Shown: positions 1 through 13,559 of the stretch, in pieces | Numbering within the stretch: position 1 is the first letter of the stretch | Layout of the letters: each line of letters starts with the position of its first letter | NCBI GenBank assembly: GCA_951406725.2 | Contig: OX597816.1 | Span: 133,858,001-133,922,000, forward strand | Length of the DNA: 64,000 nt | Reading direction: 5' to 3' | Origin: Octopus vulgaris | Lineage: Eukaryota | Position numbers and translations under genes: made by a program | Notes under the pieces: generated by a model | The model's input: only the letters and a program-made list of their open reading frames with translations | Databases searched by the model: none | What the model was told of the DNA's origin: nothing

Positions 1-1049
1 ACATGACTAGGTGAGGTATATAAATAGAATCACTAAGACCCTTTTTTTATTTAGCTCAGTCAACAGATTTTTTAGGCCACTCTGAATTCAAAACAAACTT
101 CCATCTCTACAAAAGTTAAACAATACTCGAACACGCTAAATTCAAAAACATGTGAGAGGAAGAGAAAAATGGTGCCTAACTGCAACAAGAAACAATCCTT
201 TGTATTTGAAAACCATGCTTCCCAACACCTGCTTAAAAAAAACAAAAAAAAAAACAATAACAATTTCTAGGACTTAATTACAATTATTTAGGAATCTACA
301 GAAATTTCGTTGACTAGAAATTATCCACTACATTTAAGCCCTTATGAATGAGATGAATATAAAAGCAGCAGATAACAATAGATTTTTCTGTCAACTAAAC
401 CACATGAGTATCATTAATTTTCACTTCCTAACAATAATAAAACAATAAGGGCCTATATTTTATTGCAGTTGTAACTGAAGCTTTCGGGTCAGCCTGACCT
501 CATGTTAATAGTAAATCATATAGAATTAAAAGATAAAATTAATTGCGTTTTCTCAATATACATCAATATTAGAATTATTGACAAAACTGGTGAAGAACAC
601 CTAGGCACGCCGAATGCCTGCTTATAACTAAAAATGAAATTGAATAAAAGATCATTAATAATTCATCTCTTGGTAAACCAACTGCTTTCAATTTGAAATT
701 AATATTTGTTTGTTTTTACAGAACTATTTACAATTCTGAGAAAGGCATTTATTCATAATTATTTCAATTCTGCTATACAAAAATAATATTTTTTGCTTGC
801 ATTTATGAGGCTTGCCTGAAGACAACAAAGTAGAAAACTCATAACACATTTCCCGAAAGTTTCGAGAGAATTTTTTTTTTCTTTTTTTTTTTGATGGAGG
901 GAGGGGAGATTTATTTCATATTGAATGAAAATATATTCCATCATGATTATTCGTACATAAGAACAAGCTTGAAAATCAACAATGGTAATTCGAATTAAGA
1001 GCAGTGTTGATCTAATGCAGGCATGCATTACATTACAAAACAGCGTATT

Positions 1050-2600
1050 AATTAATAACTGCTACTTTGTTTTGAATACCTAACTTCATTACACATGAAA
1101 ACATCGGCCTGGTAGGCTTCAAGAAAATATATCAACGACTTGTAACTTACTAATCGCACAAAATTTTTGAAAAATTTGCGAAGACAGAAGTTACAAAATA
1201 AAAATACTTTTTCGTTTATTAGTTTTATAATCAAGCGCTCGGCTTGAAAGGAAAAAAGAAACGGTAAAACTTTGACAGAATGGATTAAGCATATCGTTTC
1301 AGTTAGCAAAAACAAGTTAATGATAAAGGGATAAAATACTAAGTAATATTAAATTAAAGTTAATGAGGTTTAGGTTTACGAAATTAGTAACACATAAAGG
1401 TGGGTGCATTGATAAGATGAGTATAATACAAATTGTGAATTGAATGGATGTAAACGAAAATACAATCACGGTAACAGTACTGGAGAGGTTAACGAAGTTA
1501 CTTTATAAGCATGATCCGTAGTATGATCATAAATAGACTGTATGAAAAGGAGAATAAAGGTCCTAAAAGAGGAATTGTTCGAAAACAGTTACGAATAAAT
1601 GTCTATGTCAACAACTCGACAACTGCAGATAGTTTCAGTACCAGATTTGGAATGTGTACTGAAGTGGCGTGATGCTCTTTCGGAAAATGAAATATCTTAT
1701 CTGTAGCACAGTAAGAGACTGATAGTATGATTACGGGTTAGAGGAAGAAATAGCTGATTTTTAAAAACTGTTCAGAGTTACAGAACAATATAAACATGTA
1801 CACGCCTTTACGTTAAGTATGTCAAACGGTCACATATATTTACAGTTCGAACCCAGAGAACACTAATTAGCCATTCTAAATTTTCATTATATTAAGAATG
1901 TCCACCGATGTTAATATTTCGCTTCTTGGTAATAAATAGACTTTGAAGTAACTTCAATAAAAGTAAAAGATCACAGAAAAGAAAATTACAAAATTTCGAC
2001 TCACCTTTGTATGTAGAAAGACAAAACTGTTTAAAAGATTAGCTAGTAAGAATGATACTAGTAAGGTCCTTCAATAAGTGGCAAAATGTTTGAAACAGAA
2101 ATATGCAGAGCAAGTGAGGTATTAATAATAATTAATAATCCGCTGGGCACACGTCGTCCCATAGTAAACTGTTGGGACCACTTTTCCTTCGTACAGCCAT
2201 GTCATGCTCCCCGTACATCCTTCCGTTACGAACAACTTTTAATCGCTTCACCATGATCTGGTCTAAAATGGAAACCGGCAATATTGCCAAAGAGAGCCAG
2301 CAGTGTTTAAGTGCAGCTGTCGTGTTTATAATAGTATTAAATATTGCGATTTCATATGGATTCAGTGAAATTGTAATGTAGCAGCAGCAAACCACCATGT
2401 TAGCTGCGTCTCATAGTGCACAGTTCGAAAATAACATTCTGTAAAATCTATATTCTGCTATAATAAACCAGGACTATAAGAACAAGTTTTATAAAGCGTT
2501 CGACAATTGTATTCTAATAATGCTCACGACGCTATTCCTATATTCTCTATGTTCGGAAATTAAATAGCTTATTCTTTACTAGTCTCTTATCAAAGTATTT
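1050..2600 (-). promoter_or_regulatory. CpG-enriched, repeat-free putative promoter and non-coding first exon of a gene running off the left edge
   Basis: Visibly more CG dinucleotides than the rest of the window, peaking at 2140-2560; strong minus-strand donor AAG|GTGAGT near 2005; no frame open from an ATG to that donor. Confidence 0.5.
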
Positions 2601-2719
2601 AGCAGAAATGTTTCTCTCTCTTGATTGTTGTTGTTTTTGTAAAGCTTTTTCTTTTCAATTGTCGATTGACAGATTCCTCCTTATATATATATTTATAAAT
2701 GGAGAAATGTATATATATC

Positions 2720-3115
2720 TTTTATCTTTTCTTTCATTTGTTTCAGTCATTAGACTGCGGCAATGCTGGGGCACCGCCTTGAAGACATTTTAGTCGAATG
2801 AATCAACTCCAGTACTTTTTTTAAAGCATGGTATTTATTCTATCGATCTTTTTTTGTTGAACTGCTAAGTTACAGTGACGTAAACACACCAGCACCGGTT
2901 GTCAAGCTGTGGAGGGGTACAAACACATATACTCACTCACAGAGAAACATATATACGACGGGCTTCATACAGTTTCCGTCTACCAAATCCACTCACAAGG
3001 TTTTGGTTGGCCTAAAGGTATAGAAGACGCTTACCCAAGGTGCCATGCAGTAGAACTGAACCTGGAGCCATGTGGTTGGGAAGCAAGCTTCTTAGAACAC
3101 AGCTGTGCTTGCACT
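2720..3115 (-). mobile_element. tRNA-derived SINE family B (GGGCAAGTGTCTTCTACTATAGCC core, internal CA/GT repeat)
   Basis: Reverse strand has a tRNA-like head and GACTGAAACAA tail. Other copies near 4820-5070, 15860-16130, 18090-18290(+), 20370-20555(+), 27180-27410, 31510-32160 (two), 32520-32905, 40950-41070(+), 42455-42660(+), 45920-46080(+), 60945-61245(+) and 63720-63980. Confidence 0.85.
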
Positions 3116-5094
3116 TATATAATGACAGTAATCATAAATGTTTAAGGTATAGATAGAAAAAAAACACTTTCAAATTTTCAATATTCACAAAAATTTTCAG
3201 AAAATTCGTAAAATTATTTTCATGTTGAACTAACTAAAGAATGATGTACTCTTTCTCCAAGAACTTTGCTAATATAAATCAGTAGTTTTTAATTGTTAAC
3301 TAAAAAGAAAAGTAATATATCAGTAAGAATCTGTAATTTCTTAATTATTATGTAAATATATATAAATATAGATTTCAGATTTTGACATAAGGCCAGTAGT
3401 TTCAGGGGAGGAGATAAGTTGATTACATTGACCCCAGTCTTCAACTGGTACTTATTTTATGGACCCCAAAAAGATGAAAGGCAAAAGTCAACCTCAGTGG
3501 AATTTGAGTGCAGAACGTAAAGACAGATGAAAGACCACTAAGCATTTTGCCTGGCATGATAACAATTCTGCCAGCTCACTGTGTTTAATAATTATAGAGA
3601 TTTACATTTGCCTGAAATTTCAATCAGATTGGTCTCTTATCATGATCAGCTGATGCATTCATACATGTATACATAGTGCTAAATTGGATTCTAACTAGGA
3701 ACCATTATTTGTAAACTAAGCTGGATCTTGTCCACTAGGCCAAAGGCACATTGCAGCTAAGAAACAAAGGAAAGGTTCCTCATTTAAATCATAGCAATAT
3801 GCATACACTAAGGAATACCAAACTGATGAACTGATCAGAGTCAAACAACAATGAAGTGAATACTTTTTTAAACATAATATCTCTCCAGAGGAGGTTAATT
3901 GTCTAAAAAAATATAACATCCAACAACAACTTGTATTAAACATTTAGATATTTAGATAGTATATCAGTAGTTAAAGTTAAATCTTTTTCTAAATCATAAG
4001 GATCTCTAATAGCCAAAATTCAATTCGAATATCCATAACTTTAAGCATATTAAAGATAAACTTCCACTGGACTGGATGCTAGCCTATCAAAGGTAGGTAA
4101 CTTTCCCAAAATGCATTTTACTAATTTCTCACTACTAAGGGAACGGAATGAATATAGAACTAAGAACCCTTCTGTGAGACACAACTAAACAAATAACTGT
4201 GATACATTTGAACTTACAAGCTGTGATGCTGCAGCTGTCCCATGCTGTACTCACTTAGCAATCCATATTTCTGAGATGAGTAATCAGCAAATCAATTACG
4301 CTGGACAGACTAATTAATTTCAATTTTTTGTTTTTTTTTGTATTTCCCATGGTGATCAGTATAGTCTCTAGTGATTTTATGTGTGTGTTGAAACTTTTAT
4401 TTTCATATATAGCATATAAATATGTACATCTTTTAGAACATTGTCGTTTTATAAGATTTTGCTGGCAAATTTTAAAATTAACATAAACATTTACTTACAT
4501 GAAAGAAAATTACCAGAGAATTTTCATCTGATTCTTCTAAATCTTTCTGTTAAAACTCTATTGAAGCCATTTGTGGGGAATTTTTTTATCACAGCAACTG
4601 GTCGCACACCACAAGGTTTACCAGAACCTACTGAGGTGAGCCAGCATGCTCACAGTATTACCACGGGCAATAGTGAGGCTACAGCATTGGGAAAGCCAAG
4701 TGCCCTCATGGGCATCACCTGACACCTCGGTGAGGTGAGCTGCCAACGTTGACATGTCTTATATAACAATGGCATCTTGAGTTTTGAAATAAGTTAGCCT
4801 ATGAAAGTATATTTACATATCTTTTATCTTTTGTTTCAGTCTTGTGAGACTGCGGCCATGCTGGAGCACTGCCTAGTAGAATTTATAGTTATAAAGGGGT
4901 TGATAGAATAAGTACCAGGCTTTAAAGAAAAAAAGTATTTATTTGTTTTTTAAAGCCTGGTACTTATTCTGTCAACCATTTTTGTTGAACCACTAGGTTT
5001 CAGGAATGTAAACACAACACAAATTGTCAAGCAGTGATGAGGGACAAACATGGAAACAAAGACACACACATGCGGTTGTATATATATATATATA

Positions 5095-5940
5095 TCATCA
5101 TCACCATCATTTCACATCCATTGTCCATGCTGGCATGGTTCGGATAGTTTGACCAGGACTAGCAAGAAGCTGGAAGGCTGCACTAGACTCCAGTCTGATT
5201 TGGCATGGTTTCTATGGCTGGAGGCCCTTCCTAATGCCAACCACTCTGAGGGTATAATGGGTGTTTTTAAGTGCCACCGGCACGGATGCCATTTACATGA
5301 TGCCAGTGTCTGCCATGACTGTGATTTTACTTGGCTTGATGGATCTTCTTTTCAAGCACAGCATAATGCCAAAAGTCTTGGTCATTGCCTCCATGAGGCC
5401 CATCACTCGAAAGGAGCTTTTCACATGCCACTGACATTAGTCACTTTGCCTCTGTGAGGTTCAATGCTCAAAAGCTGCTTTTTACATGCCACTGGCACAG
5501 GTACCAGTTATGCGACACCAGCATCAGCCATGACTAGAATTTCACTTGGCTTGATGGGTCTTTGAAGCACAGCATATCGCCAAAGGTGTCAGTCACTAGT
5601 CATTGCCCCTGTGAGGCCTAAAGTTTGAAGATCATACTTCACTACCTTGTCCCATATCTTCCTGGGTCTACCTCTACCACAGGTTCTCTTCACAGTTAGA
5701 GATCGGCACTTCTTTACACAGCTATTCTCGTCCTTACACATCACATGATCATACCAGTGCAGTCGTCTCTCTAGTACACCATATCTGATGCTTCTTATGC
5801 TCAACTTTTCTCTCAAGATGTTTACACGCTGTTGAACATGCACACTGACATTACACATCCAATGAAGCATACTGGCTTCATTTCTTTCAAGCCTACGCAT
5901 GTCCTCAGCTGTCACATCCCATGTTTCACTGCCATGTAAA
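5095..5940 (-). mobile_element. RTE LINE 3' fragment, same family as 50775-53064
   Basis: ORF 5589..5954 LHGSETWDVTAEDMRRLERNEASML...RGRPRKIW; 3'UTR with (CAT)n tail. Confidence 0.9.
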
Positions 5941-5966
5941 ATAAGTATATACATATGTATGTGTGT

Positions 5967-6245
5967 ATCATCATCATCATCATCATCGTTTAACGTCCGC
6001 TTTCCATGCTAGCATGGGTTGGACGGTTCAACTGGGGTCTGGAAAGCCAGAAGGCTGCACCAGGCCCAGTCTGATCTGGCAGTGTTTCTACAGCTGGATG
6101 CCCTTCCTAACGCCAACCACTACGTGAGTGTAGTGGGTGCTTTTTATGTGCCACCGGCACAGGTGCCAGACGGAGCTGGCAAACGGCCACGCTCGGATGG
6201 TGCTTTTTATGTGCCACCAGCATGGAGACCAGACGAAGCTGGAAA
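5967..6245 (-). mobile_element. RTE 3'UTR-only copy
   Basis: (CAT)n-CGTTTAACGTCCGCTTTCCATGCTAGCATGGG start, near-identical to 50790-51050. Confidence 0.85.
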
Positions 6246-6254
6246 ACGCGATAG

Positions 6255-6987
6255 AGAGAATTAAAACATTTGGACAGATAGACAATACATAGGTGGACAA
6301 GAGAAACAACAATTAGAAGAACAGGCAAAACAAAGGCAGGTCATTCTTGGCTTTCTTTCATCAGTCAAATCCCAGAAGTCACGACCATTTCAGGCAGTTA
6401 CACTTGAGATGGTTCAATCTGGTTGTCCCCCAAAAAAGTATAAGTTAAGAGCATTAGACCCTTTTGTAAGAAAGCTAGCGAATGTGTACGGTAACAAAAG
6501 CAAAAAAAAAACAAATAAATAAAAACAGAGAACATGGTATACAATTACAAATACAAACAACAAGAAATAACAACTGGCGTCTTTCAACTGAGAATGAATC
6601 AAATTGAGCTGGCATGTATGAAGTGAAAGCCTAAAGGCAGGAACATGGGAGGCGAACACAAGAGTTGTTGACGGTTGGCAGTCAGGCCAAGAAAGAAAGA
6701 TCATGGCTGGCCAGACACCAGTCATGTGAAAGGAGGAGAGATGGGTAGGAAACAGCGGGATTGGAGGATTAGAAAAAAAAATCAGAGACATAGAGAAAGG
6801 CACAGGGGAGATAAACTAGTGGGAGTTAAAGAAAGAGAGGGCCAAGAAATGTGAAAGAGGGGAGTGAGAAAAAGGAAGGAAAATGAGAGGGAGAATAAAA
6901 GACAGAGTAAGAGTCGTATAAAATTTAGATACATACTTTCTATAAGGTGAGTAGAAGGGTGTACATACACCACTACATATATTTACA

Positions 6988-7019
<32 letters not shown>

Positions 7020-7320
7020 AATGGAACAAAAACACAGTATAGAGCATTAAAACATTCAGACAGATAGATGATACATAGGCAGACAAGAGAAACAACAATT
7101 AGAAGGACAGGCAAAAAAAGACAAGTCATTCTTGACTTTCTTTCATCAGTTAAGTCCCAGAAGTTATGACCATTTCGGGCAGTTACACTTGAGATGGTTC
7201 GATCTGGTTGTCCCCAAAAAGTCTAAGCTAAGAGCATTAGACCCCTTTGTAGGAAAGCTAGCGAATGTGTACAGTAACAAAAACAAATAAACAAAAAGTG
7301 GAGAACATGGTACACAATTA
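6255..7320. repeat. About 290-bp direct repeat (6255-6548 and 7040-7320) around a purine-rich spacer
   Basis: Shared blocks such as GCAGTTACACTTGAGATGGTTC and AAGAGCATTAGACCCTTT in both copies. Confidence 0.85.
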
Positions 7321-7619
7321 TGAATGTATGTATGTATACATACATACATATATATATATGTACACACAGACATACACCTTTAATTTTCAAAATCTTTTAT
7401 TTAATATGCAAAGCGAATATTTGAAATGTAATCGATAGGTAGGACTACATACTTTAGTATTTAGTTGACATTCCCTTTGCAGTTTTTAATTCAGAAACTC
7501 TTTTTGGCATTGAACTGATGAGCTTTGTGATTGTCTCTTGTGGAATTTCTGCCTACTTTTCATGCAACAACCGAAACAATTCATCTTTAGATTTAGGTTT
7601 CTGTCGAGTTTTTTTGTAT

Positions 7620-7659
7620 AGCTCTATCCAGTATGCTCCAAAGCATACTGGATAGAGCT
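7620..7659. repeat. Perfect 18-bp hairpin with 4-nt loop
   Basis: AGCTCTATCCAGTATGCT-CCAA-AGCATACTGGATAGAGCT. Confidence 0.95.
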
Positions 7660-7789
7660 GTAACTATTGACAGGAGGAGATCCAGTTGTTTTGAAGACAC
7701 CTTTATGCACCCCATGTAGGTCTCTTTTTTGGAGGATACTGAAGAGTTGTGAGCCTTTGAAACCCAAGTTGTTGCATTATCTCATCCTG

Positions 7790-8470
7790 TATCCAAATGG
7801 CAATTTTGGGACCTTTGGCACTATGCAGTGGCACCCCATTTTGCAGTTTGTCTAACTTTCAATGCAAAAGTTTAGTACATGTCTTCCCTGGATTTTCCAA
7901 GTGTATATTATTGCATATATTTCCTTCCTTCATTTTAGGGAGTAGAGACTTTTCAACCTCTCCCAGTAGCTGACATATCACATTGAGATGATCATTGTGT
8001 AGCTTCACTGGATTGTTTTGAGTTCCGCTGTTAATTTTACACTGTGTGGTGAACATAGTTGGGAGCATTAGTCTAAATGGCTAAGAATAAATTCCTACAA
8101 AGGACCATCTTAGTTTCCCGTTCTTTCATTGTTAAAGTTCTAAGAATCATTTGGCTAATTGCCTGCATTTTATTAAAGATGCATCATTACTCATGTCAAA
8201 GCCCAGGTCATGCAGAGATTTTGATTCAGTGATCACAGTACTTCCTGGGTCAGTGTATCCTGTTTGCATTTCATTCAGCTTCATGTACTGGTAGTGCAGG
8301 GCTTGGGATTTTCCAGAATTAAACTGCCTGCTATTGTCTTCAGCCCACCAATATATTGTGTCCAACTTCTGTTGCAGGTGCACAACATCTCCAGAGTTCT
8401 GTATCCTCTGAGAGACTTTTGTATCATTTGCATTACAAACAAGAGTGGGTATTAATCAAAGTTTACAGTA
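7790..8470 (-). mobile_element. Decayed CR1/Jockey-group LINE RT fragment
   Basis: ANDTK (from ADDTK), LQQKLDTIYWWAEDN..FNSGK and DLG motifs. Confidence 0.7.
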
Positions 8471-8652
8471 TCGTATATCCATTACAGCCAACTTTACTAA
8501 TCAGTTTTGCACTGGGTTTTAAACTGGGTGTTAGATACCAGTGTAGTTACATAATACTGCTTGCTCATCAGAACTAGCAAGTATGGAAAAATATGACTGC
8601 AGTCACCATATTTTTTTCTATAAAAACAAACTTATATATATAATGACACTGA

Positions 8653-9285
8653 TCATCATCATCATCATCGTTTAACGTCCACTTTCCATGCTAGCATGGG
8701 TTGGACGGTTCAACTGGGGTCTGGGAAGCCCGAAGGCTGCACCAGGCCAGTCAGATCTGGCAGTGTTTCTACAGCTAGATGCCCTTCCTAACGCCAACCA
8801 CTCCGTGAGTGTAGTGGGTGCTTTTTATGTGCCACCGACACAGGTGCCAGACGAGGCTGGCGAACGGCCACGCTCGGGTAGTGTTTTTTACATGCCACCG
8901 GCACGGAGGCCAGGCGAGGCTGGCACGGCCACGATCGGATGGTGTTTGTTACGTGCCACCAGCACAGAGGCCAGTCAATGCGGTACTGGCTATGGCCACG
9001 TTTGGATGGTTTTCTTATGTGCCACCGGCACTGATACCACAAAACTACAAATTCCATTGATGTTCATCAATTTTGATTTGATTTGATTTTCACTTGCCTC
9101 AACAGGTCTTCACAAGTAGAGTTATGTGTCCCAAGAAGGAAGGTATGCACAGGTGGACTGACTACGTCCCAGGTAGGGGCCATGGGTTATGGCCTCACTT
9201 GTCCTGCCGGGTCTTCTCGCACACAGCATACTTCCAAAGGTCTCAGTCTCTGGTCATTTCCTCGGTGAGACCTAAAGTGCGTATT
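8653..9285 (-). mobile_element. RTE 3'UTR plus last ORF codons; an older copy follows at about 9285-9480
   Basis: Matches 50790-51450 including the ORF terminus. Confidence 0.88.
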
Positions 9286-9739
9286 TAATGTTCATATTCC
9301 CTGGTAGCATAGACTGAATGGTTTGACAAGATCTAACAGGTGCAAGGAAGCAACATGCTTCAATGAGTGCTTTGACAGGATCTCTACAGCTAGATGTCCT
9401 TCCTAATGCCAAACCACTATCCAGGGTGTAATGTGTGCTTTTCCATAGTATCAGAACTCATGAAGTCACCAGACAGAATTAATATCTTCTTTGACTGAAT
9501 GAGGCTACAGTAGAGAGGAGGGTGGCTTTATGCTAGAATATGATGGGTTAAAGCAGTTCTCAATCAGGGTCCACATGGACATCCATATAAGATTTTGTTG
9601 TTAAATTTCATATGCAATAAATTGGTTACATTTCTACAATATACAAAATAATTTAAACAATTTTTTGTACAGTCCCTAATAATATTTTATTATAAAAATA
9701 CAAAAGGATTTTGTTATTTACAACAAATGACAATGGAGG

Positions 9740-10500
9740 TAAAGTATGAGAGAAGGGACCAGAACAGAAGTGGTTTCTCACTGTAGAGGAGCAACATGGC
9801 AACTCACATTAGGGAAGGAAGGGTGGGAGTGAGAGGGATGGAACTGGAAAGAGATAAAATAGCAATGACAGAGGTGTTAGTCTGGACTTTCAAGATAGGA
9901 AGTGAGTGAGGACAGGAGAACAGAAAGTGTGGTTAGATTGAGATTGCAAGAGTGCATGCGAGAGGGATGGAGACTAGGTGAGGAGGTGAATATAATGAAG
10001 AATAATGAAGAATTGGGGGATGATAAATAGGGAAGATAAGAAAGAGCAGATGACAACTGTTGGGTAGGGCTGAGGTATGGATGTAATGAATGATGGATAA
10101 GAGGTGGGTTGAACAATGATATGTATGAGTTGGAGGGGAGGTGAGGAAAAGTAGGAAATGACTGAAGTGCAGAAAAAGTGTGGGTGAAGGACAGAAAATA
10201 GTAATAGTAGTTCAGTAGATAGGGAAAGGATGAGAGAGGACATTAGAAAGAGAGGGGTAGGGAGAGAGAGATGATGTGTGGTTGAGAGTGATCAATGTAA
10301 GATGTGCGTGGAGAGGACAGTATGAAGACTGAATGATGGGTAAGTTAAATGTTCCCTGATAGTAAGAAGGATAAGTGGTATCAGGGTAAAAACTGAAGTA
10401 TGCAGTTTTGCTCACATTTAATTACAGCAGCAGAATACTATAGTTAGAGAGATGATAGGTATTGGAGATGTCTTGAGTAGGAAATTGGGTAGGTGGGACA
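9740..10500 (+). repeat. Strongly purine-skewed low-complexity tract
   Basis: G/A-rich and C-poor over about 750 bp without a fixed repeat unit. Confidence 0.7.
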
Positions 10501-10849
10501 GTTGTATATGTACACACACACACATCATTTAATATACACAGGATTTGAAATGAACTACTTTAAATTTCATGCTTTCAATTGTACTATATTTGGGTGTGCT
10601 TTGTAATATCAGGCAATCTTTCAGACTCTACTGAAGAGTACACACAGCATGCTATGTTCTGAGTTTAAATATTACTCAGGTTCTACTTTTCCTTTCATCC
10701 TTCTGAATTGATAAAATAATTACAAGTCAATACAGGTGTTGAAATATTGACTGTAACTGAGAAAATGACTCCCCAGAATGGCCACAGTAACAATTCAAAG
10801 TGAATTACTCTTTTGCAATCCCTCCGGATAGAGAGAAGAACCTTTTTCC

Positions 10850-11248
10850 CATGAAGTTCCCTTCTCGGTTGTGGTTCCCTTTTACCAAGCCACTGTTTAT
10901 GACGTTTAGCATTTCAACAGAAGATCCATTTTTCATCACCAGTCACAAGTCTATCCAAAAAGGGTGAAATGAGTTCACGAGAATGGAGAGAAGAGCAGAT
11001 GTCAACTTGAGATATGCGGTTGCTTTTGGACAATTCATGCGGCACCCATTTTCCAAGTTTAGGAACCTTTCCAAGTTGTTAAAGATAACTATGAACAGTT
11101 GTATGGTTTGAACTAAGCTTTATTGCCAATTCTTCATAAAATGCATAAAAATAATTTTTAATTCCATTAGACATTCTAAAATACCATTAAATTTCATTCA
11201 ATTTTAAAAATGGGGTAAATTGGACAGAACTTATGGGATGACTTGATA
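10850..11248 (-). mobile_element. Internally deleted mariner fragment
   Basis: LGKWVPHELS and FLDRLVTGDEKWI on the minus strand; TIR-like GAACTTATGGGATGACTTGATA at the right end. Confidence 0.85.
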
Positions 11249-12191
11249 ACATTTAAGGGGATAAGGCTAACTAATTAGATTGATCCCAATACTCAACTGA
11301 TACTTATTTTTTCGACCCTGAAAAGATGGAAAGCAAAGTCAACCTCGATGTGGAATTATTTATATATGTATATAATGAAAATCATTTCCCTGTGGCCTCT
11401 CTTTTCAAGAAAATGATACTGAAGTATTTGAATTACTTTATAGTTTCAATATGTAACCCATTCAATGATATAGGTGACACTCACTTTTATGTGAGAGTCT
11501 CTATAAATAGTAACCAAATCATCTTCAAAATTACACTTGATTGTCTTCAAAAAGGAAGTAGTATTTGATCATTCAATTACAACTAGACTGTGTCTGAAAG
11601 ACAATACAGGAATAGTCACAACTTGTCATAGGTATCTTAGACTACAGCTTGACTTTGGGCTAAACAACAATTGATTTTATTTCTTTTTCTTAAATGGAAT
11701 TAAAAGTGTGACATTAAAGAATTAATGATTTACCCCAATACTAAGAAATACCCCCCGCCCACACTTTGTACTTCCCCACCTAAATTCTCTTTTTCTTTCT
11801 TTTTTTTTTCTTTTCGCATGAAAGGGTGAGGTCAAGAGAAATCAAGGTCAACAATGTAGCATTCAAATAGTTACACTCTAATAAAGAAAGTGAATCAATC
11901 AATGGCTGTTCCTTATCAGTTGTTTATCAATAGGTAAATTCAGACAAAGGTATTAAAGGTGCAAAGGAGTGGTCAAGCACAGTGACTTCTTCCTGAAATA
12001 CTAAGATATATAATAACTCTTATAAATATAGAAGTGAGTGAGACAGGAAAAAGATTAGTCACTTGTGGAAGGATTGGTATAAAAGTCACACCTTAGCAAT
12101 CCCAATCTCTCAATATCTTGAATTAAATGAATTACATTATGAGGTAAGTTTTTACAGATATTGATCTGTGTGTGTGTGGTGCATGTTTTTT

Positions 12192-12231
<40 letters not shown>

Positions 12232-13559
12232 CATCCTTACACCCACCTGTATGTCTACATTCCACTATAGTCTAAGTCAGTTCATGTTGGTGACATGGGT
12301 AACCATGTCTATACAGTATGACTGGAGTATTTTGAATAAAGTGGAGAATAAAACAGAAAACAAATATCAGATGAGGAGTCAATGGAATTAGGAATTAGAT
12401 AATATTCAAACTAGTTCCAGCGGTCCTGACCCATCCAACTTTAACAGTGGCTATCACAAATTAACGAAAGGCAGTTTATGTTGGTGGCTTGGATGGATAT
12501 CCCAACATGAAAGAGAATAACTTGTTCTCAAATATATATACATACATATATATAGTTATGGTAAATTCTGTTAAAAACATAGTAGAGTACATTATAAAGC
12601 TCACCCACCTTCAGATTTCATCCAGTGCTATCCACTTGTAGTATTATACACACTTCCAGGTTTGTGTTTGGGCTTCTGTTATATGTGAATAGATAATTGG
12701 AAAAATTGGAATCATCAAGGAGTATGGTTGGACATTTATTTTCAGTAACTACAATTGTTTCTATACAATGTAGTTCCCCAGGCATGCAGGTACTTGATTA
12801 TGCAACCGTTTCCTTGCATTATGAGATCTAGTTGTGTTTCTTTAGGTGATACATATATATATACCTTTCCGCGTATACAATAACAGCCATACCAACAATC
12901 CAACATACTGCCATCATCAGCTTCCCCATGGATATCACTATGTTTCGATACCTGGGCAGAACTATTCAATCTGGCGGTGTCAACAGCACTAAAATAAGTG
13001 TTGATTGGGAACAAACATACCTTAGATATCACCACATTCATTCAATATTAATTCTAGGAAGGATTAAACACTTACATTATTAATTAGACTACAACAAAGA
13101 AACACATTTACCCTATGTACAAAAGCAGTATCGGTAAATAAATTCAATAAGTAAACCTATAACTAACTCCTAAAATATCTGACTAAATAGTGACCTAGCC
13201 CTTGAAGTCCATACTGATTATATTCCCACAGTCTTCCATACCTATTAATATAAATGTGAAAGCTTTTATATTTTATTCTCTCCAAAAAACAAACTCAATT
13301 CAACTTAACTAATAATATAACTAATTCTGAGTAAATTACACTAGTTCATAATCCAAAAGTTAAAAATTAAAACACTATATACATATTAAATATTTGTTAT
13401 CCTTACATGCGTTAATGTTAAACTTATACCAGTAACTTAAGAGATAATATATATATATATATTTTTTAAAGCTGAGAATGATAGTCTTAATCTGAATAAA
13501 GTTTAACGTTGTATTGCATCATATTGTATTAATATAGTTTTTAATTTATAAAACTGCTA

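Noticed and set aside
8815-9035. Repeat-spacer pattern resembling a CRISPR array
   Set aside because: The 'spacers' are similar to one another, there are no cas genes, the context is eukaryotic, and it is the RTE 3'UTR unit array.
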